Assembly: GCA_016926375.1 (NCBI GenBank)
Contig: JAFGOR010000289.1
Coordinates: 1 to 62,999 of the forward strand
From: Bacteroidales bacterium
Lineage (GTDB): Bacteria; Bacteroidota; Bacteroidia; Bacteroidales; UBA10428
Length of the DNA stretch: 62,999 nt
Direction: 5' to 3'
The position numbers and the translations under genes are program-made. Of the stretch, positions 8,807 through 19,126 are shown piece by piece (positions within the stretch are counted from its first letter, which is position 1; the number at the start of each line of letters is the position of its first letter). Under the pieces are notes generated by a model. It saw only the letters and a program-made list of their open reading frames with translations, was not told the DNA's origin and made no database searches.

Positions 8807-9514
8807 TTATTCCAGCATGGTAAAATCGATCTCGGCGTTGTCATCGATTTGTATCAGCTTGCTGTCATCACATTTGAGTGTACGTGCAGGGTACTTTTTC
8901 AGCAGGGTATAGTTATGGGTGGCCATAAGCACAGCCCTGCCACTTCCGCTAATTTCCTTGAGCAGCGCCATGATCGTCTCCGATGTATCAGGATCCAGGT
9001 TTCCGGTAGGCTCATCAGCCAGTATCACTTCCGGATCGTTCAGCAGGGCCCTGGCAATTACAACGCGCTGCTGCTCTCCACCCGATAGTTGATGGGGCAT
9101 TTTGAAGCCTTTGTTTTCGAGCCTCACCTTCCCAAGCACCTGGTTAATCCTTTCCTCCATAGCATCTTTGTCTTTCCATCCGGTGGCATGTAAAACAAAA
9201 TGCAGATTATCATGCACCGTACGGTCGGTAAGCAATTGAAAATCCTGAAAAACAATTCCCAGTTTTCTTCTCAGGTAAGGAACCTGCCCCGGCTTCAAAT
9301 TTTCAAGTGGAAAGCCCACAACTGTAGCAGAACCCGTTTTCAACGGAACTTCAGCATTAATTGTTTTAATCAGGCTCGACTTTCCGCTACCAACGGTGCC
9401 TATAAGATATACAAATTCGCCCCGGGAAAGCGTAAAATTCACACCGGTCAAAACCAGGTGATCATCCTGAAAGATAGAGGCGTTTTCAAACTGAATTACA
9501 AATTCTTCTGGCAT
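8807..9514 (-). CDS. ftsE: Cell-division ABC ATPase FtsE-like
   Basis: Walker A GTVGSGKSS, signature LSGGEQQR, Walker [12 protein letters not shown], and the FtsE-typical YLRRKLGIVFQDFQLL. No ftsX gene is adjacent. Confidence 0.8.
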   Translation of the reverse strand: MPEEFVIQFENASIFQDDHLVLTGVNFTLSRGEFVYLIGTVGSGKSSLIKTINAEVPLKTGSATVVGFPLENLKPGQVPYLRRKLGIVFQDFQLLTDRTVHDNLHFVLHATGWKDKDAMEERINQVLGKVRLENKGFKMPHQLSGGEQQRVVIARALLNDPEVILADEPTGNLDPDTSETIMALLKEISGSGRAVLMATHNYTLLKKYPARTLKCDDSKLIQIDDNAEIDFTMLE

Positions 9515-9545
9515 CAGTGAGGTAATATTGACAATTAATAATATT

Positions 9546-9553
9546 CAAAAGTA
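9546..9553 (-). promoter_or_regulatory. Candidate -7 promoter box (TAnnTTTG) for ftsE
   Basis: The minus strand reads TACTTTTG, 32 nt upstream of the ATG at 9514. Confidence 0.4.
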
Positions 9554-9671
9554 GGTATTAATCATCAATTAATTTTTCCGGATAATTAACAACCCGATGT
9601 TAATTATAACAGAATAAGCCGGACACTTCATACGTTATTAATCCGTAATTTTAGATCGTAAAATATCAATT

Positions 9672-12600
9672 ATGAACAGGAAATACACTGTAAGCATGCT
9701 GGTTATGTTATTACTGTGCACCCTTACCGGCGCACAGCAGTCGTTTTACCACACCCGGGATGACCAGGGATACCGGCACGCCATGGAACTCTATGAAAAT
9801 GGTAAGTATAGTGCTGCACAGCAGCTTTTCGACAATTTTGCCCGGGATCATGCCGGTGAAAATTCAGACCAACTTTCAAACAGCGAGTTTTATTCTGCCA
9901 TGTGTGCTGTAAAACTTTTCAACAACGATGCAGAAACACGGATCATCCGTTTTCTTCACCACAATCCCGAAAATCCGCACCGGAATGAAGCCATGTATAA
10001 CCTGGCCAACTATTTCTTTCAACGCAAAAGTTATAACAATGCTCTGATTTACTATGAGTTGGTTGATAATTCCAGGTTAACCTTGGAGGAGCAGTCGGAA
10101 TTTCATTTTAAAAGGGGATACTGCTTTTTTCTAAAGGATGAGCTCGACAAAGCACGGCTGGATTTTAGTTTGATCAAGGACCAGGAAACCAAGTATGCCT
10201 CTCCTGCCCTTTACTATTACTCCCACATCAATTACACACAGGGCAACTACGAAACTGCCCTGGAAGGATTTCTGCGTCTCAGGGACGATAGCAATTTCGG
10301 ACCTATTGTACCTTATTATCTGACCCAGGTTTATTACAAACAGAAAAAGTATGACGAGGTGGTGAAATACGCCCCCTCACTTATGGAAAACGTATCGGAA
10401 AAAAGAGAACCCGAAATTGCCCGCATAATCGGCGAATCCTATGTACAGCTCAATCTGTATGAAGAAGCCATCCCTTATTTCGAAAAATACCTTAAAACCG
10501 GAGGCTCTATCAGTTCTGAGAATAAATACAGCCTTGCCTATGCCTATTACCAAACACAGGCCTATGACAAGGCCGCTAATTTGTTCGGACAGATTTCAGG
10601 TGGCGAATCACCACTGAGTCAGAATGCCCTTTACCACCTGGCCGACTGCCATCTGAAACTGAATGATAAAAACAAGGCCAGGATGGCTTTTGCAACCGCA
10701 TCAAAGATGGAATTTGTACCGGAAATCCGTGAGGATGCCCTTTTTAATTATGCGTTGCTTACTTATGAGCTCGATTTTTCACCTTTTAATGAAGCCGTTC
10801 AGGCACTGAATGAATATCTCGACCTTTATCCCAACTCAAAAAGAAGTGAAGAAGCCACCAATTACCTTGTCCTTGCCTATCTGAACGCAAAAAACTACAG
10901 GCTGGCATTGGCTTCTATTGAAAAACTCAGGAATATGAGCCCCGATATTAAAAAAGCTTATCAGAAAATTGCTTATTACCGTGGACTTGAGCTTTTCAGC
11001 GATCTGAATTTTGATGAGGCCATCAATATGTTCAAATCATCGGGCAAGTATGGAAATTTCGATAACAAGATTTACGCTTATGGTCATTACTGGATGGGAG
11101 AAGCCTATTACCGGAAAGGGATTTACGGTGAAGCCATCGATCATTTCAATGCATTCCTGGCGCAACCCGGCATGTCGGCTTTTGAAGAATACCAGATGGC
11201 ACATTACAACCTGGGCTATGCTTATTTTTCAATGAAACAGTACGACAACGCATCCGTTTGGTTTGGCAAGTTCACTGCCATGAAGGATATCGGACGCAAA
11301 GATGTATTGAATGATGCATATAACCGGTTGGGCGACTGCTATTTTGTACAGGCACAATACAGTAAAGCAATCCAGTATTATGATAATGCCCTGAGAACAG
11401 GTACCGGAACAAACGATTATGCCCTTTTTCAGAAAGCAGTGGCACTGGGAGTGAACGGAAAAGACAATGAAAAAATCAACGCACTGAATCAACTGCTTAC
11501 ATCCTTCCCCAAATCAGCATATAAAGCAGATGTTTACTACCAGATGGCCGAAAGTTTTGTTAAACTGAACCAGCCTGATAATGCCATAATCAATTACCGG
11601 AAGGTAATCAGCGACTACCCTACCAGCAGTTATGTCAAGAAGTCACTGCTGAACCTGGGTATGCTCTACTTCAACCAGAACCGCAACAACGATGCCATTA
11701 CCTGTTATAAAAAAGTGATTGAAGATTACCCGGGTACCGAAGAATCACAGAACGCTCAAATCGGGTTAAAAAATGTTTATGTCGACAACAAAGATGTGGA
11801 CGGGTATTTCACTTACATGAAAAACAAGGGGGTTCTTACCTCTTCAGACCTCATGGAACAGGATTCACTCAGCTACCTCACTGCTGAAAGAACCTATATG
11901 AGCGGCGATTATGCGCGTGCTTCACAAAGCCTGAGGAATTACATTGAAAAACATCCCGATGGCAGATTCCTGCTGAACGCACATTTTTATAAAGGCGACT
12001 GCAATTACAGGGCCAATGTATATGCGGAAGCACTGATATCATTTGATTATGTGATTTCCAAACCCAGAAGCCGATTTACTGAACCGGCCCTCCTGGGCGC
12101 ATCCAGAATCAAATTCAGACTGAAAGACTACGCTGCTGCTGCCGGATATTACCAGAAACTTGAAGAAGTAGCCGAGGTAAAAAGCAATCTTCTTGAAGCA
12201 CGGATGGGCTTGTTAAAATGTTATTCCATGCTTGAAGATCATGGCAAAGTAATTGAGCTTGCCGACAAAATAATGCTCACTGAAAGGCTTTCACAGGAAC
12301 AGGAAAGGGAAACACGTTTTGCAAAAGCCAAATCTTTGCTGGCAAACGACAGACAGATGCTGGCTCTGGAAGAGTTCAAGAAAGTGGCTGTTGAAGTAAA
12401 GAGTGCTGAAGGCGCCGAATCAAAATTCCGGATAGCCGAAATTTATTATAAGCGCAAAGAAATCGACAATGCCGAAAAGGTGATTGCTGATTTTGCAGAT
12501 AAAACAACACAACACCAGTACTGGATGGCCAAAAGCTTTTTGTTGTGGGCTGATATTTTCAGGGATAAGGGCGATGATTTCCAGGCTGCACAAACCCTTC

Positions 12601-12746
12601 AGAGCCTCATCGACTTTTATGAGAAAACCGATGACGGGATACTGGATGAAGCCAAAGCAAAAAAGAAGGCCCTGACTGAAAAGCCAAGTGTGGCAAAAAA
12701 AGCAGGAGCTGAGGAAACCGAAGAAGAGATTGAAATCGGGGAGTAA
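9672..12746 (+). CDS. Large secreted tetratricopeptide-repeat (TPR) protein
   Basis: 1024 aa with a signal peptide. It has many ~34-aa repeats with the A/Y/F pattern (e.g. AMYNLANYFFQRKSYNNALIYYE, AHYNLGYAYFSMKQYDNASVWF) and an acidic/lysine-rich tail. Confidence 0.85.
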   Translation: MNRKYTVSMLVMLLLCTLTGAQQSFYHTRDDQGYRHAMELYENGKYSAAQQLFDNFARDHAGENSDQLSNSEFYSAMCAVKLFNNDAETRIIRFLHHNPENPHRNEAMYNLANYFFQRKSYNNALIYYELVDNSRLTLEEQSEFHFKRGYCFFLKDELDKARLDFSLIKDQETKYASPALYYYSHINYTQGNYETALEGFLRLRDDSNFGPIVPYYLTQVYYKQKKYDEVVKYAPSLMENVSEKREPEIARIIGESYVQLNLYEEAIPYFEKYLKTGGSISSENKYSLAYAYYQTQAYDKAANLFGQISGGESPLSQNALYHLADCHLKLNDKNKARMAFATASKMEFVPEIREDALFNYALLTYELDFSPFNEAVQALNEYLDLYPNSKRSEEATNYLVLAYLNAKNYRLALASIEKLRNMSPDIKKAYQKIAYYRGLELFSDLNFDEAINMFKSSGKYGNFDNKIYAYGHYWMGEAYYRKGIYGEAIDHFNAFLAQPGMSAFEEYQMAHYNLGYAYFSMKQYDNASVWFGKFTAMKDIGRKDVLNDAYNRLGDCYFVQAQYSKAIQYYDNALRTGTGTNDYALFQKAVALGVNGKDNEKINALNQLLTSFPKSAYKADVYYQMAESFVKLNQPDNAIINYRKVISDYPTSSYVKKSLLNLGMLYFNQNRNNDAITCYKKVIEDYPGTEESQNAQIGLKNVYVDNKDVDGYFTYMKNKGVLTSSDLMEQDSLSYLTAERTYMSGDYARASQSLRNYIEKHPDGRFLLNAHFYKGDCNYRANVYAEALISFDYVISKPRSRFTEPALLGASRIKFRLKDYAAAAGYYQKLEEVAEVKSNLLEARMGLLKCYSMLEDHGKVIELADKIMLTERLSQEQERETRFAKAKSLLANDRQMLALEEFKKVAVEVKSAEGAESKFRIAEIYYKRKEIDNAEKVIADFADKTTQHQYWMAKSFLLWADIFRDKGDDFQAAQTLQSLIDFYEKTDDGILDEAKAKKKALTEKPSVAKKAGAEETEEEIEIGE

Positions 12747-12786
12747 AATTTAATGATATTAAAGAACATCAAAAGAACATAAGACT

Positions 12787-14472
12787 ATGATCAGGGCAAT
12801 ATTCAAATACAAACCGGGGTTCCTTGTTTCTGCGATATTGATATTCAGTGGATCTCAATTATCATCACAGGAATTGAACAAGGAAGTATATGTGGTTCGT
12901 CCCTACGAGCCAACTTTATCGGATGCCAACAAATACAATTTCCTGCCGCAAACAGACGATTTTGAAACCGCAACCCCGAAATTCCGCTATTCCATAACAC
13001 CTATCCGTATTGCAAATCCTTTTGATCCCGACCCAATTAAGGCAGCTAAAACAGTAACCACATCGCTGCCCAGGATTTACAATACCTGGATTAAACTGGG
13101 TATGGGAAATTACTCCACGCCCATGGCCGAATTCAACATCAGCAACCTCCGGTCAAAGGAATATGCATACGGGGCCTACCTATATCATAAATCATCACAC
13201 GGAAACGTAAGGTTGAGCAACGATGACAAAGTAAAAGCAGGTTATGTGGTAAACAGGATGAACCTGTACCTGAAAAGATTCCTGAAGAGTTCCACCATTT
13301 CCGGTAATCTGCGCTTCAATCAGGATGGGTTCAATTATTACGGATACAACACAGAGCGCATTGCAGGCCCATTGGACCTGGATCGCGACAGCCTGAAGCA
13401 AAGGATTTTCAATCCGGGAATTGATGCAGGCATCCAATCGAATATGACAGACAATGAGCAACTCAATTACAATATTGCCGCGAGCTATGATTACTTTTTT
13501 GACAAACAGAAAAACAAGGAAAGCAGCCTGCTCATTAAGTCAGCACTCAGCAAGAATTTCAATGAAATGCTGGGTGGTGTTGATTTGTCAATCGACTACT
13601 CCAACCTGAAAGGAATGGACACGTTGTCCAATACCATTGTCAGGATTAACCCATGGATTAGCAAGCGCAGCGCCGATTGGAACTTCAAACTGGGTTTTGA
13701 GGCAGTTGTTGACGCAGCAAATATTACCAACTTTTACTTTTATCCCAGGGCCAACCTGGATATCATCATCATTGAAGATGTGCTTGTTCCTTTTATTGGC
13801 TTAACCGGTGCGCTTCAAAAAAACAGCTACCGGAACCTGCATAATGAGAATCAGTTCGTTAAGCCCGGCCTGTCGCTGAAAAATACCTCAAGCAACATCA
13901 TCGTTTATGGCGGTCTGAAAGGAAATATCAATTCATTGCTTCGTTTCAGGGCCGATGTAAGTTATACCGTTTATAAAAATTACCACTTTTTCGTGAACGA
14001 CACCATTACGGAATCGCTGCTTCTGCCACTGCAAAACCAGTTTACAGGCGTATATGACGATATCAACCTGATCACCTACCACGGCCAGCTTGCCTTGCAA
14101 CCGTCGGAAAAAATTGAGATGGTTCTTGACGCCAGATATGTGGATTATAAAACTTTTGAGGAACCGAAACCATGGCACAAGCCAAATCTGGTAATCGGAC
14201 TGGATGCCAGTTACAAACCGGGCCAAAAGATGGAAATAGGTGCAGGTGTCAGCCTGGTAGGGAAACGTTGGGCAAGAGATTACTCACAACCCGACAACAT
14301 GAAAGAGCTGGATCCGGTTATAGACGCCAATTTCAGTCTTAACTATCACTACTCTAAACTATTGACAGTTTTCGCCAACCTATACAACCTGTCCGAACGG
14401 AGTTACGAAATTTGGAACCAATATCCTTCACAACGATTTAATTTCATGATCGGTTTCTCGTATAAATTGTAG
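12787..14472 (+). CDS. Predicted outer-membrane beta-barrel protein of uncharacterised family
   Basis: 561 aa with a signal peptide. Alternating hydrophobic/polar strand pattern throughout, and an aromatic-rich C-terminus (FNFMIGFSYKL). The gene starts 40 nt after the TPR gene. Confidence 0.55.
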   Translation: MIRAIFKYKPGFLVSAILIFSGSQLSSQELNKEVYVVRPYEPTLSDANKYNFLPQTDDFETATPKFRYSITPIRIANPFDPDPIKAAKTVTTSLPRIYNTWIKLGMGNYSTPMAEFNISNLRSKEYAYGAYLYHKSSHGNVRLSNDDKVKAGYVVNRMNLYLKRFLKSSTISGNLRFNQDGFNYYGYNTERIAGPLDLDRDSLKQRIFNPGIDAGIQSNMTDNEQLNYNIAASYDYFFDKQKNKESSLLIKSALSKNFNEMLGGVDLSIDYSNLKGMDTLSNTIVRINPWISKRSADWNFKLGFEAVVDAANITNFYFYPRANLDIIIIEDVLVPFIGLTGALQKNSYRNLHNENQFVKPGLSLKNTSSNIIVYGGLKGNINSLLRFRADVSYTVYKNYHFFVNDTITESLLLPLQNQFTGVYDDINLITYHGQLALQPSEKIEMVLDARYVDYKTFEEPKPWHKPNLVIGLDASYKPGQKMEIGAGVSLVGKRWARDYSQPDNMKELDPVIDANFSLNYHYSKLLTVFANLYNLSERSYEIWNQYPSQRFNFMIGFSYKL

Positions 14473-14497
14473 CAGTTTACACACACAAAACAATCTT

Positions 14498-15046
14498 ATG
14501 AAAATATATACACGTACCGGTGATAAGGGTACCACTACCCTTGTGGGTGGAAAACAGGTGCCTAAAACGCATATCCGCATTGAAGCATACGGAACAGTTG
14601 ATGAATTAATAGCCCACTCGGGGATGATTAAGGACATGTGGAACAACCCGGAAATGAACACAATACTCAATGAAATACAGGACAGGTTGATGACATGTGC
14701 CGCTATACTGGCCTCTGATTGCGAAGATTGCCAGGTAAAAATCCCCGAAATCAGAGAGCAGGATATCAGCACACTGGAAAATGAAATTGACCGCATGGAG
14801 GCAGTATTACCACCGCTCAGATCGTTTGTTTTGCCGGGAGGCCATGTTTTGTCGTCGCAATGTCATATCGCCCGTACCGTTTGCCGACGGGCTGAAAGAC
14901 AAATTATCAGGTTATCAGCCGAACTTTTTGTACCCGATACCGTAATAAGGTACATAAACCGGCTGTCGGATTATTATTTTGTACTGTCGCGCAAGGTGTT
15001 ACACGATTTTAACAAAGAAGACACGCCCTGGAATCCTAAATTGTAG
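14498..15046 (+). CDS. PduO-type ATP:cob(I)alamin adenosyltransferase
   Basis: Diagnostic N-terminus MKIYTRTGDKGTTTL and the later RTVCRRAER helix. Its length of 182 aa is typical for the family. Confidence 0.9.
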   Translation: MKIYTRTGDKGTTTLVGGKQVPKTHIRIEAYGTVDELIAHSGMIKDMWNNPEMNTILNEIQDRLMTCAAILASDCEDCQVKIPEIREQDISTLENEIDRMEAVLPPLRSFVLPGGHVLSSQCHIARTVCRRAERQIIRLSAELFVPDTVIRYINRLSDYYFVLSRKVLHDFNKEDTPWNPKL

Positions 15047-15062
15047 TTTATATATATTTTTT

Positions 15063-15070
15063 TATATTTG
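15063..15070 (+). promoter_or_regulatory. Candidate -7 promoter box (TAnnTTTG) for the DUF2795 gene
   Basis: TATATTTG, 39 nt upstream of the ATG at 15110. Confidence 0.4.
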
Positions 15071-15109
15071 CACAATTTTTAAGATAAGGTCACACTAAAG
15101 TTATACCCT

Positions 15110-15331
15110 ATGTACTGGACCCTTGAATTAGCGTCTAAACTGGAAGATGCCCCCTGGCCGGCCACTAAAGAAGAGCTGATTGATTTTGGCATCCGTTCAG
15201 GTGCACCACTTGAGGTTATTGAGAATTTGCAGGAAATTGAAGATGAAGGTGAAATCTACGAAAGCATAGAAGATTTGTGGCCCGATTATCCCAGCAAAGA
15301 CGACTTCTTTTTTAACGAAGATGAATATTAA
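15110..15331 (+). CDS. DUF2795 domain protein
   Basis: 73 aa. The segment APWPATKEELIDFGIRSGAPLEVIENL is followed by an acidic tail, matching the DUF2795 pattern as I recall it. Confidence 0.75.
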   Translation: MYWTLELASKLEDAPWPATKEELIDFGIRSGAPLEVIENLQEIEDEGEIYESIEDLWPDYPSKDDFFFNEDEY

Positions 15332-15333
15332 AC

Positions 15334-15364
15334 AAAAAAGGCTGTCAGATAACAGCCTTTTTTG
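15334..15364. terminator. Bidirectional rho-independent terminator
   Basis: AAAAAAGGCTGT / loop CAGATA / ACAGCCTTTTTT. The stem is flanked by A6 and T6 runs and sits between convergent genes ending at 15331 (+) and 15379 (-). Confidence 0.8.
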
Positions 15365-15378
15365 TTTCATCTGCCCAA

Positions 15379-16902
15379 TCACTTGAATATATCCTCTTTA
15401 TTTTTCGGTCGCATGGCATCGAGCCATTTGAAGTCTTTGAGTATTACCTCATCTTCAGGAATCATATTGATGGGATAGGTAACGCCGGTAGGTTTCACAT
15501 AAAAACGGATATCGTCGGGCTTTGTGTTTTTCAGATAAATGGTAAGATCCGAGCTTTGTAACATATTTACGCCGGCCAGTTCGTTATTATCGCGCACATA
15601 GTAGATGGTCTGTCCGTTTCCCTTCACATCAATCCTGTAAGGTTCATTGTTTTTGAAATACCCTGTCATGGTTTTGCCCTTGATCTGGTTAAATTTCCCG
15701 GTATCCTCACGGTTAATCATAAAGGCCAGTTGTTTCATATGCAACTGGTCAATCTCCTTGTTTTTGGTCCAAATCTCAATATAGTCAGCCGAAAGCTGGT
15801 TTTCACCCGACCAGAGAACGGGTTCATAATAAAGTCTGATGATGGAATCGCGGGTTGAATAATACAGTGAATCGCACATCCCCTGCAAATCCGATTTGAA
15901 TAGTTTCACCCCGAAATAGGCCTTTAGCTGCCTTCCTTTTCCGGAATCGGGCATAGCCCGCAGGGTATCGGCATGAATGTAAACGGAATCCGCTTCACTG
16001 GTTATATAAATAAATACCGCATTTTGTGTAATCAGGGCACTGTCGTATTTCTGCTGAATGTAAGCATGATCGCCCCTGAGAATCACATTCTGATCTTCAT
16101 CTGAAATTTCAATATTTGAGAAACCTTCGCCATAACCGGATTCCCTCTCATAGTATAAGCTGTCACCTTTAATGGTCTGATTTTTATTTTTTACCAGCGC
16201 CCTGTCTTTTAGTTTGCTGATATTGGTTGCCGTGTTGTACCAGCCGCGTTCGCAATAAATATAACTGCTGTCGCCGATTATTTCAGTAGGGCCATAAAAA
16301 TACGCCACACGGGTGGGAGTATGATACCTGAGCGTATCCGAATAAATGGTATATTCAGGATTCCGAAGAACAACCGAATCCCTGAAATAGTACATTTCAT
16401 CTCGGGAATAATAATACCCTACCCTGCTTTTCAGCTTATTCTCTCCGCTTCGGATATTGGCATGGTTTGTATAGAATCCCACACTTGTACCCAGGTTGTA
16501 ATCGAGTTCGGAGGTTGTCAGTTCCATATTTCTGCCCACCAGCCTTACATTTCTCCTGATCTGAGCCAGCCGTGTAGTCCCGTCATAATGAAGATAATCG
16601 CCATACAGGTCAATGGTATCGCCCTGTATCATGTGAACACGGCTGAAAGCTTCAAATACATCGGTAGGTGAATAATAATAGGCACTGTCACAATACATGA
16701 TTGCGCCTTCACGGTTCAGGACTACATTGCCGATAAACCGGAGCGCCCCATCGGCAATATCTACAGCCTGTTCCATAACCACAGCCGAAATGTCGAGTTG
16801 TCTTGTCTGTGCAAAACTGCTTCCCTGAAACGTGGCAGTCAGAACAACCAGCAGGCAAAACCAGGCATTTTTAGGTGTAATCATTATCAGATATTTGCCC
16901 AA
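15379..16902 (-). CDS. OstA-like (LptA/LptD N-terminal-like) repeat protein
   Basis: 507 aa with a signal peptide. Repeated beta-jellyroll-like segments (GNVVL..EGAIMYCDSAYYY; DSLYY; ADYIEIW) are typical of Bacteroidota OstA-like proteins. It is the last gene of the chaperone operon. Confidence 0.65.
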   Translation of the reverse strand: MGKYLIMITPKNAWFCLLVVLTATFQGSSFAQTRQLDISAVVMEQAVDIADGALRFIGNVVLNREGAIMYCDSAYYYSPTDVFEAFSRVHMIQGDTIDLYGDYLHYDGTTRLAQIRRNVRLVGRNMELTTSELDYNLGTSVGFYTNHANIRSGENKLKSRVGYYYSRDEMYYFRDSVVLRNPEYTIYSDTLRYHTPTRVAYFYGPTEIIGDSSYIYCERGWYNTATNISKLKDRALVKNKNQTIKGDSLYYERESGYGEGFSNIEISDEDQNVILRGDHAYIQQKYDSALITQNAVFIYITSEADSVYIHADTLRAMPDSGKGRQLKAYFGVKLFKSDLQGMCDSLYYSTRDSIIRLYYEPVLWSGENQLSADYIEIWTKNKEIDQLHMKQLAFMINREDTGKFNQIKGKTMTGYFKNNEPYRIDVKGNGQTIYYVRDNNELAGVNMLQSSDLTIYLKNTKPDDIRFYVKPTGVTYPINMIPEDEVILKDFKWLDAMRPKNKEDIFK

Positions 16903-16920
16903 CCAAACATGAAGTAATTG

Positions 16921-18261
16921 CTATTTATACCAACCGGAAATCCTAAAGGCGCATTTTTCATACTTGTCAGAAATTCGGATGTAAGTAATCTTTATTTTGT
17001 CGGCTACCCATTCGTTGACCTTTTCATTTTCCTTGATATACATCGCCCTTTCTTTGAAAAGATTATAATCTTCCTTCAGATTACCAACATGTGGATTGGT
17101 CCGGTTTTTCAGCCAAATCACCTTGAAGACCGGCCTTCCCTGGTTATCAACCGATTCATAGGGATCAGAAATTTCCCCTATTTTGAGCTTGTTAATGATC
17201 TCATATTCCCTGGGCTCAAATTCATCCATTTGCCAGCGGATGCCGCCTCTGATAGGATTCACAGACTGGCCTCCGCTCAACCGGGTGTCCTTATCCTGAC
17301 TGAATCGTAATGCGGCCATTTCGAATTTCATGGAATCAAGCCTGACAATCCTGACAATGCTGTCGAGCCGGCCAATCGTAAAACTCTTTTCTTCAGGCGA
17401 TATTTTGGGTTTCATAAAGATATGCCGGGTATGAATCCGGTCCTCGGTTTTATCGAGGCATTGAATGATATGAAAACCAAAGGACGATTCCACAATTTTG
17501 GAAATAGATCCTTTCTTCATGGCAAATGCTGCCTTGGCATATTCAGGGTCTAAATCAGTTTTGGCCATCCAACCGAGGTCGCCTCCCTTCATCGAGGATC
17601 CATCTTCGGAATGAACAACAGCAAGCGTTACAAAACTCTCTCCATTCAGAATCCTTTCCCTGATTGTCAGCAATTTCTCTCTTACATCGGCAATTGCCTG
17701 GTCACTTGACTTGGGATAAATCAGTATCTGATTGAATTCAACCTCGGCGTTGATGTACGGCAGGCTGTCGGGAGGAAGACTTCTGAAATAGGATCTCACT
17801 TCTGAAGGAGTCACTGACAAACCTTCAGTAATGTTGCCCCTCATCTTCCTTGATAAAATGAGTTCCCTGATTTCATCCTGAAGATCCTGCCTGATTTCAA
17901 TGGTTGATTTCTGAAAATACTCTTCCAATTTTTGTTCCGAACCGAAGATATTAACAAAATACCTCATACGGCCTTCAATCTCCCCATTGACCTCCGATTC
18001 GGTAACTTCAATACTGTCAACCTCTGCCTGGTTCAGCAGCAGCTTTTGTATCAGCATGCTCTCCAAAATGGAGCATCTGGTTTGCTCGGTTACTTCATCG
18101 CCCTGTTGCAGCAATTGAAGTGCATTCTTTTCAATATCCGAGAAAAGTATCTTTTTGTCACCTACAATGGCAACCACTTCATCTATTATTCTGGCCTGGC
18201 CGGAAATATCCATAAGGCAGGCCGTAAGTAAAAGAAGTAAAATACTGGAAATTCGCATCAT
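16921..18261 (-). CDS. SurA-like peptidyl-prolyl isomerase (parvulin domain)
   Basis: Track ORF is 16921..18333. The start is moved to the ATG at 18261 (MMRISSILLLLLTAC.., a signal peptide), which removes the overlap with the upstream gene. The parvulin motif GGDLGW...FGFHIIQ is present. Confidence 0.8.
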   Translation of the reverse strand: MMRISSILLLLLTACLMDISGQARIIDEVVAIVGDKKILFSDIEKNALQLLQQGDEVTEQTRCSILESMLIQKLLLNQAEVDSIEVTESEVNGEIEGRMRYFVNIFGSEQKLEEYFQKSTIEIRQDLQDEIRELILSRKMRGNITEGLSVTPSEVRSYFRSLPPDSLPYINAEVEFNQILIYPKSSDQAIADVREKLLTIRERILNGESFVTLAVVHSEDGSSMKGGDLGWMAKTDLDPEYAKAAFAMKKGSISKIVESSFGFHIIQCLDKTEDRIHTRHIFMKPKISPEEKSFTIGRLDSIVRIVRLDSMKFEMAALRFSQDKDTRLSGGQSVNPIRGGIRWQMDEFEPREYEIINKLKIGEISDPYESVDNQGRPVFKVIWLKNRTNPHVGNLKEDYNLFKERAMYIKENEKVNEWVADKIKITYIRISDKYEKCAFRISGWYK

Positions 18262-18265
18262 TGGT

Positions 18266-19126
18266 TTATTGGTATATAATGAAATGTTCACGATTCTGTG
18301 CATCCGAAAAAATATTTCTTTCAAGCTCATCAATTAATTTAACCTTTCGCTTGTTCAGTATGATGTAATGAATATCGTCTCTGACCAATTCGAAAGGGCT
18401 AACACTTCCTTCAGTTGCTTTTTCCTTAACGGAAAGGAAGTAGTAAAAATTGTTATCCTTAACCTCCAGGTAATTGCGATATGCCAAAGTATTTCTGAAA
18501 GATGCTCCGTCGCCGGGAATCATTCTCAGCACCTCATTCTGGTTGACCCAGCCATCATTGAAGTGGTCATAAACAGTTGCATGGGCAAAACAATAACCCT
18601 CCAGTTTATTCATAGTTTCCTTATCATCTGAGCGGTACCATTGCCTGAGCTTGTACAATTCAGGTGCAGTAACAGGAACTTTGATAAAAAAGCCTTTCAT
18701 CAGGGGTTCTCCCAGCAGGAAATTGGATTGATTGGCTTTGAAATAGGCCTCTATTTCCTCATCGGTGACCACTGTATCCAGATTTTGCCCAAGATAGCGC
18801 TGCTGATAGGCATAAATGAGCAGAGAACTCCTGTAATTATTGATTTGCCGTTCAACATCTTTCTCCTCATCCGAAAGATTCATTTCAGCCTTGTTCAGTA
18901 GTAATTCGTTGCGAATCCATTTTTCAATAAAGTCTCTTGCCAGGGATGCGCTGTCGGAATCGGAAATTTCAGCAGGTATCACGCCTTTCAGGTCATCACT
19001 GTATAGAAACTTGTCGTAAACCTTTGCCAACAACTTCCCTTCCTTTTTTTCGGGAGTCTTGTTGCATGCCGCAAACGAACCTGCTGCAACAATCAGCAAC
19101 AGATATTTAATTAATTGCAGATTCAT
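18266..19126 (-). CDS. Lipoprotein with SurA N-terminal-like chaperone domain and no PPIase domain
   Basis: 286 aa with a lipobox (AAGSFAAC). It has helical chaperone-like sequence but lacks the parvulin motif. It overlaps the upstream gene by 4 nt (19123-19126). Confidence 0.55.
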   Translation of the reverse strand: MNLQLIKYLLLIVAAGSFAACNKTPEKKEGKLLAKVYDKFLYSDDLKGVIPAEISDSDSASLARDFIEKWIRNELLLNKAEMNLSDEEKDVERQINNYRSSLLIYAYQQRYLGQNLDTVVTDEEIEAYFKANQSNFLLGEPLMKGFFIKVPVTAPELYKLRQWYRSDDKETMNKLEGYCFAHATVYDHFNDGWVNQNEVLRMIPGDGASFRNTLAYRNYLEVKDNNFYYFLSVKEKATEGSVSPFELVRDDIHYIILNKRKVKLIDELERNIFSDAQNREHFIIYQ

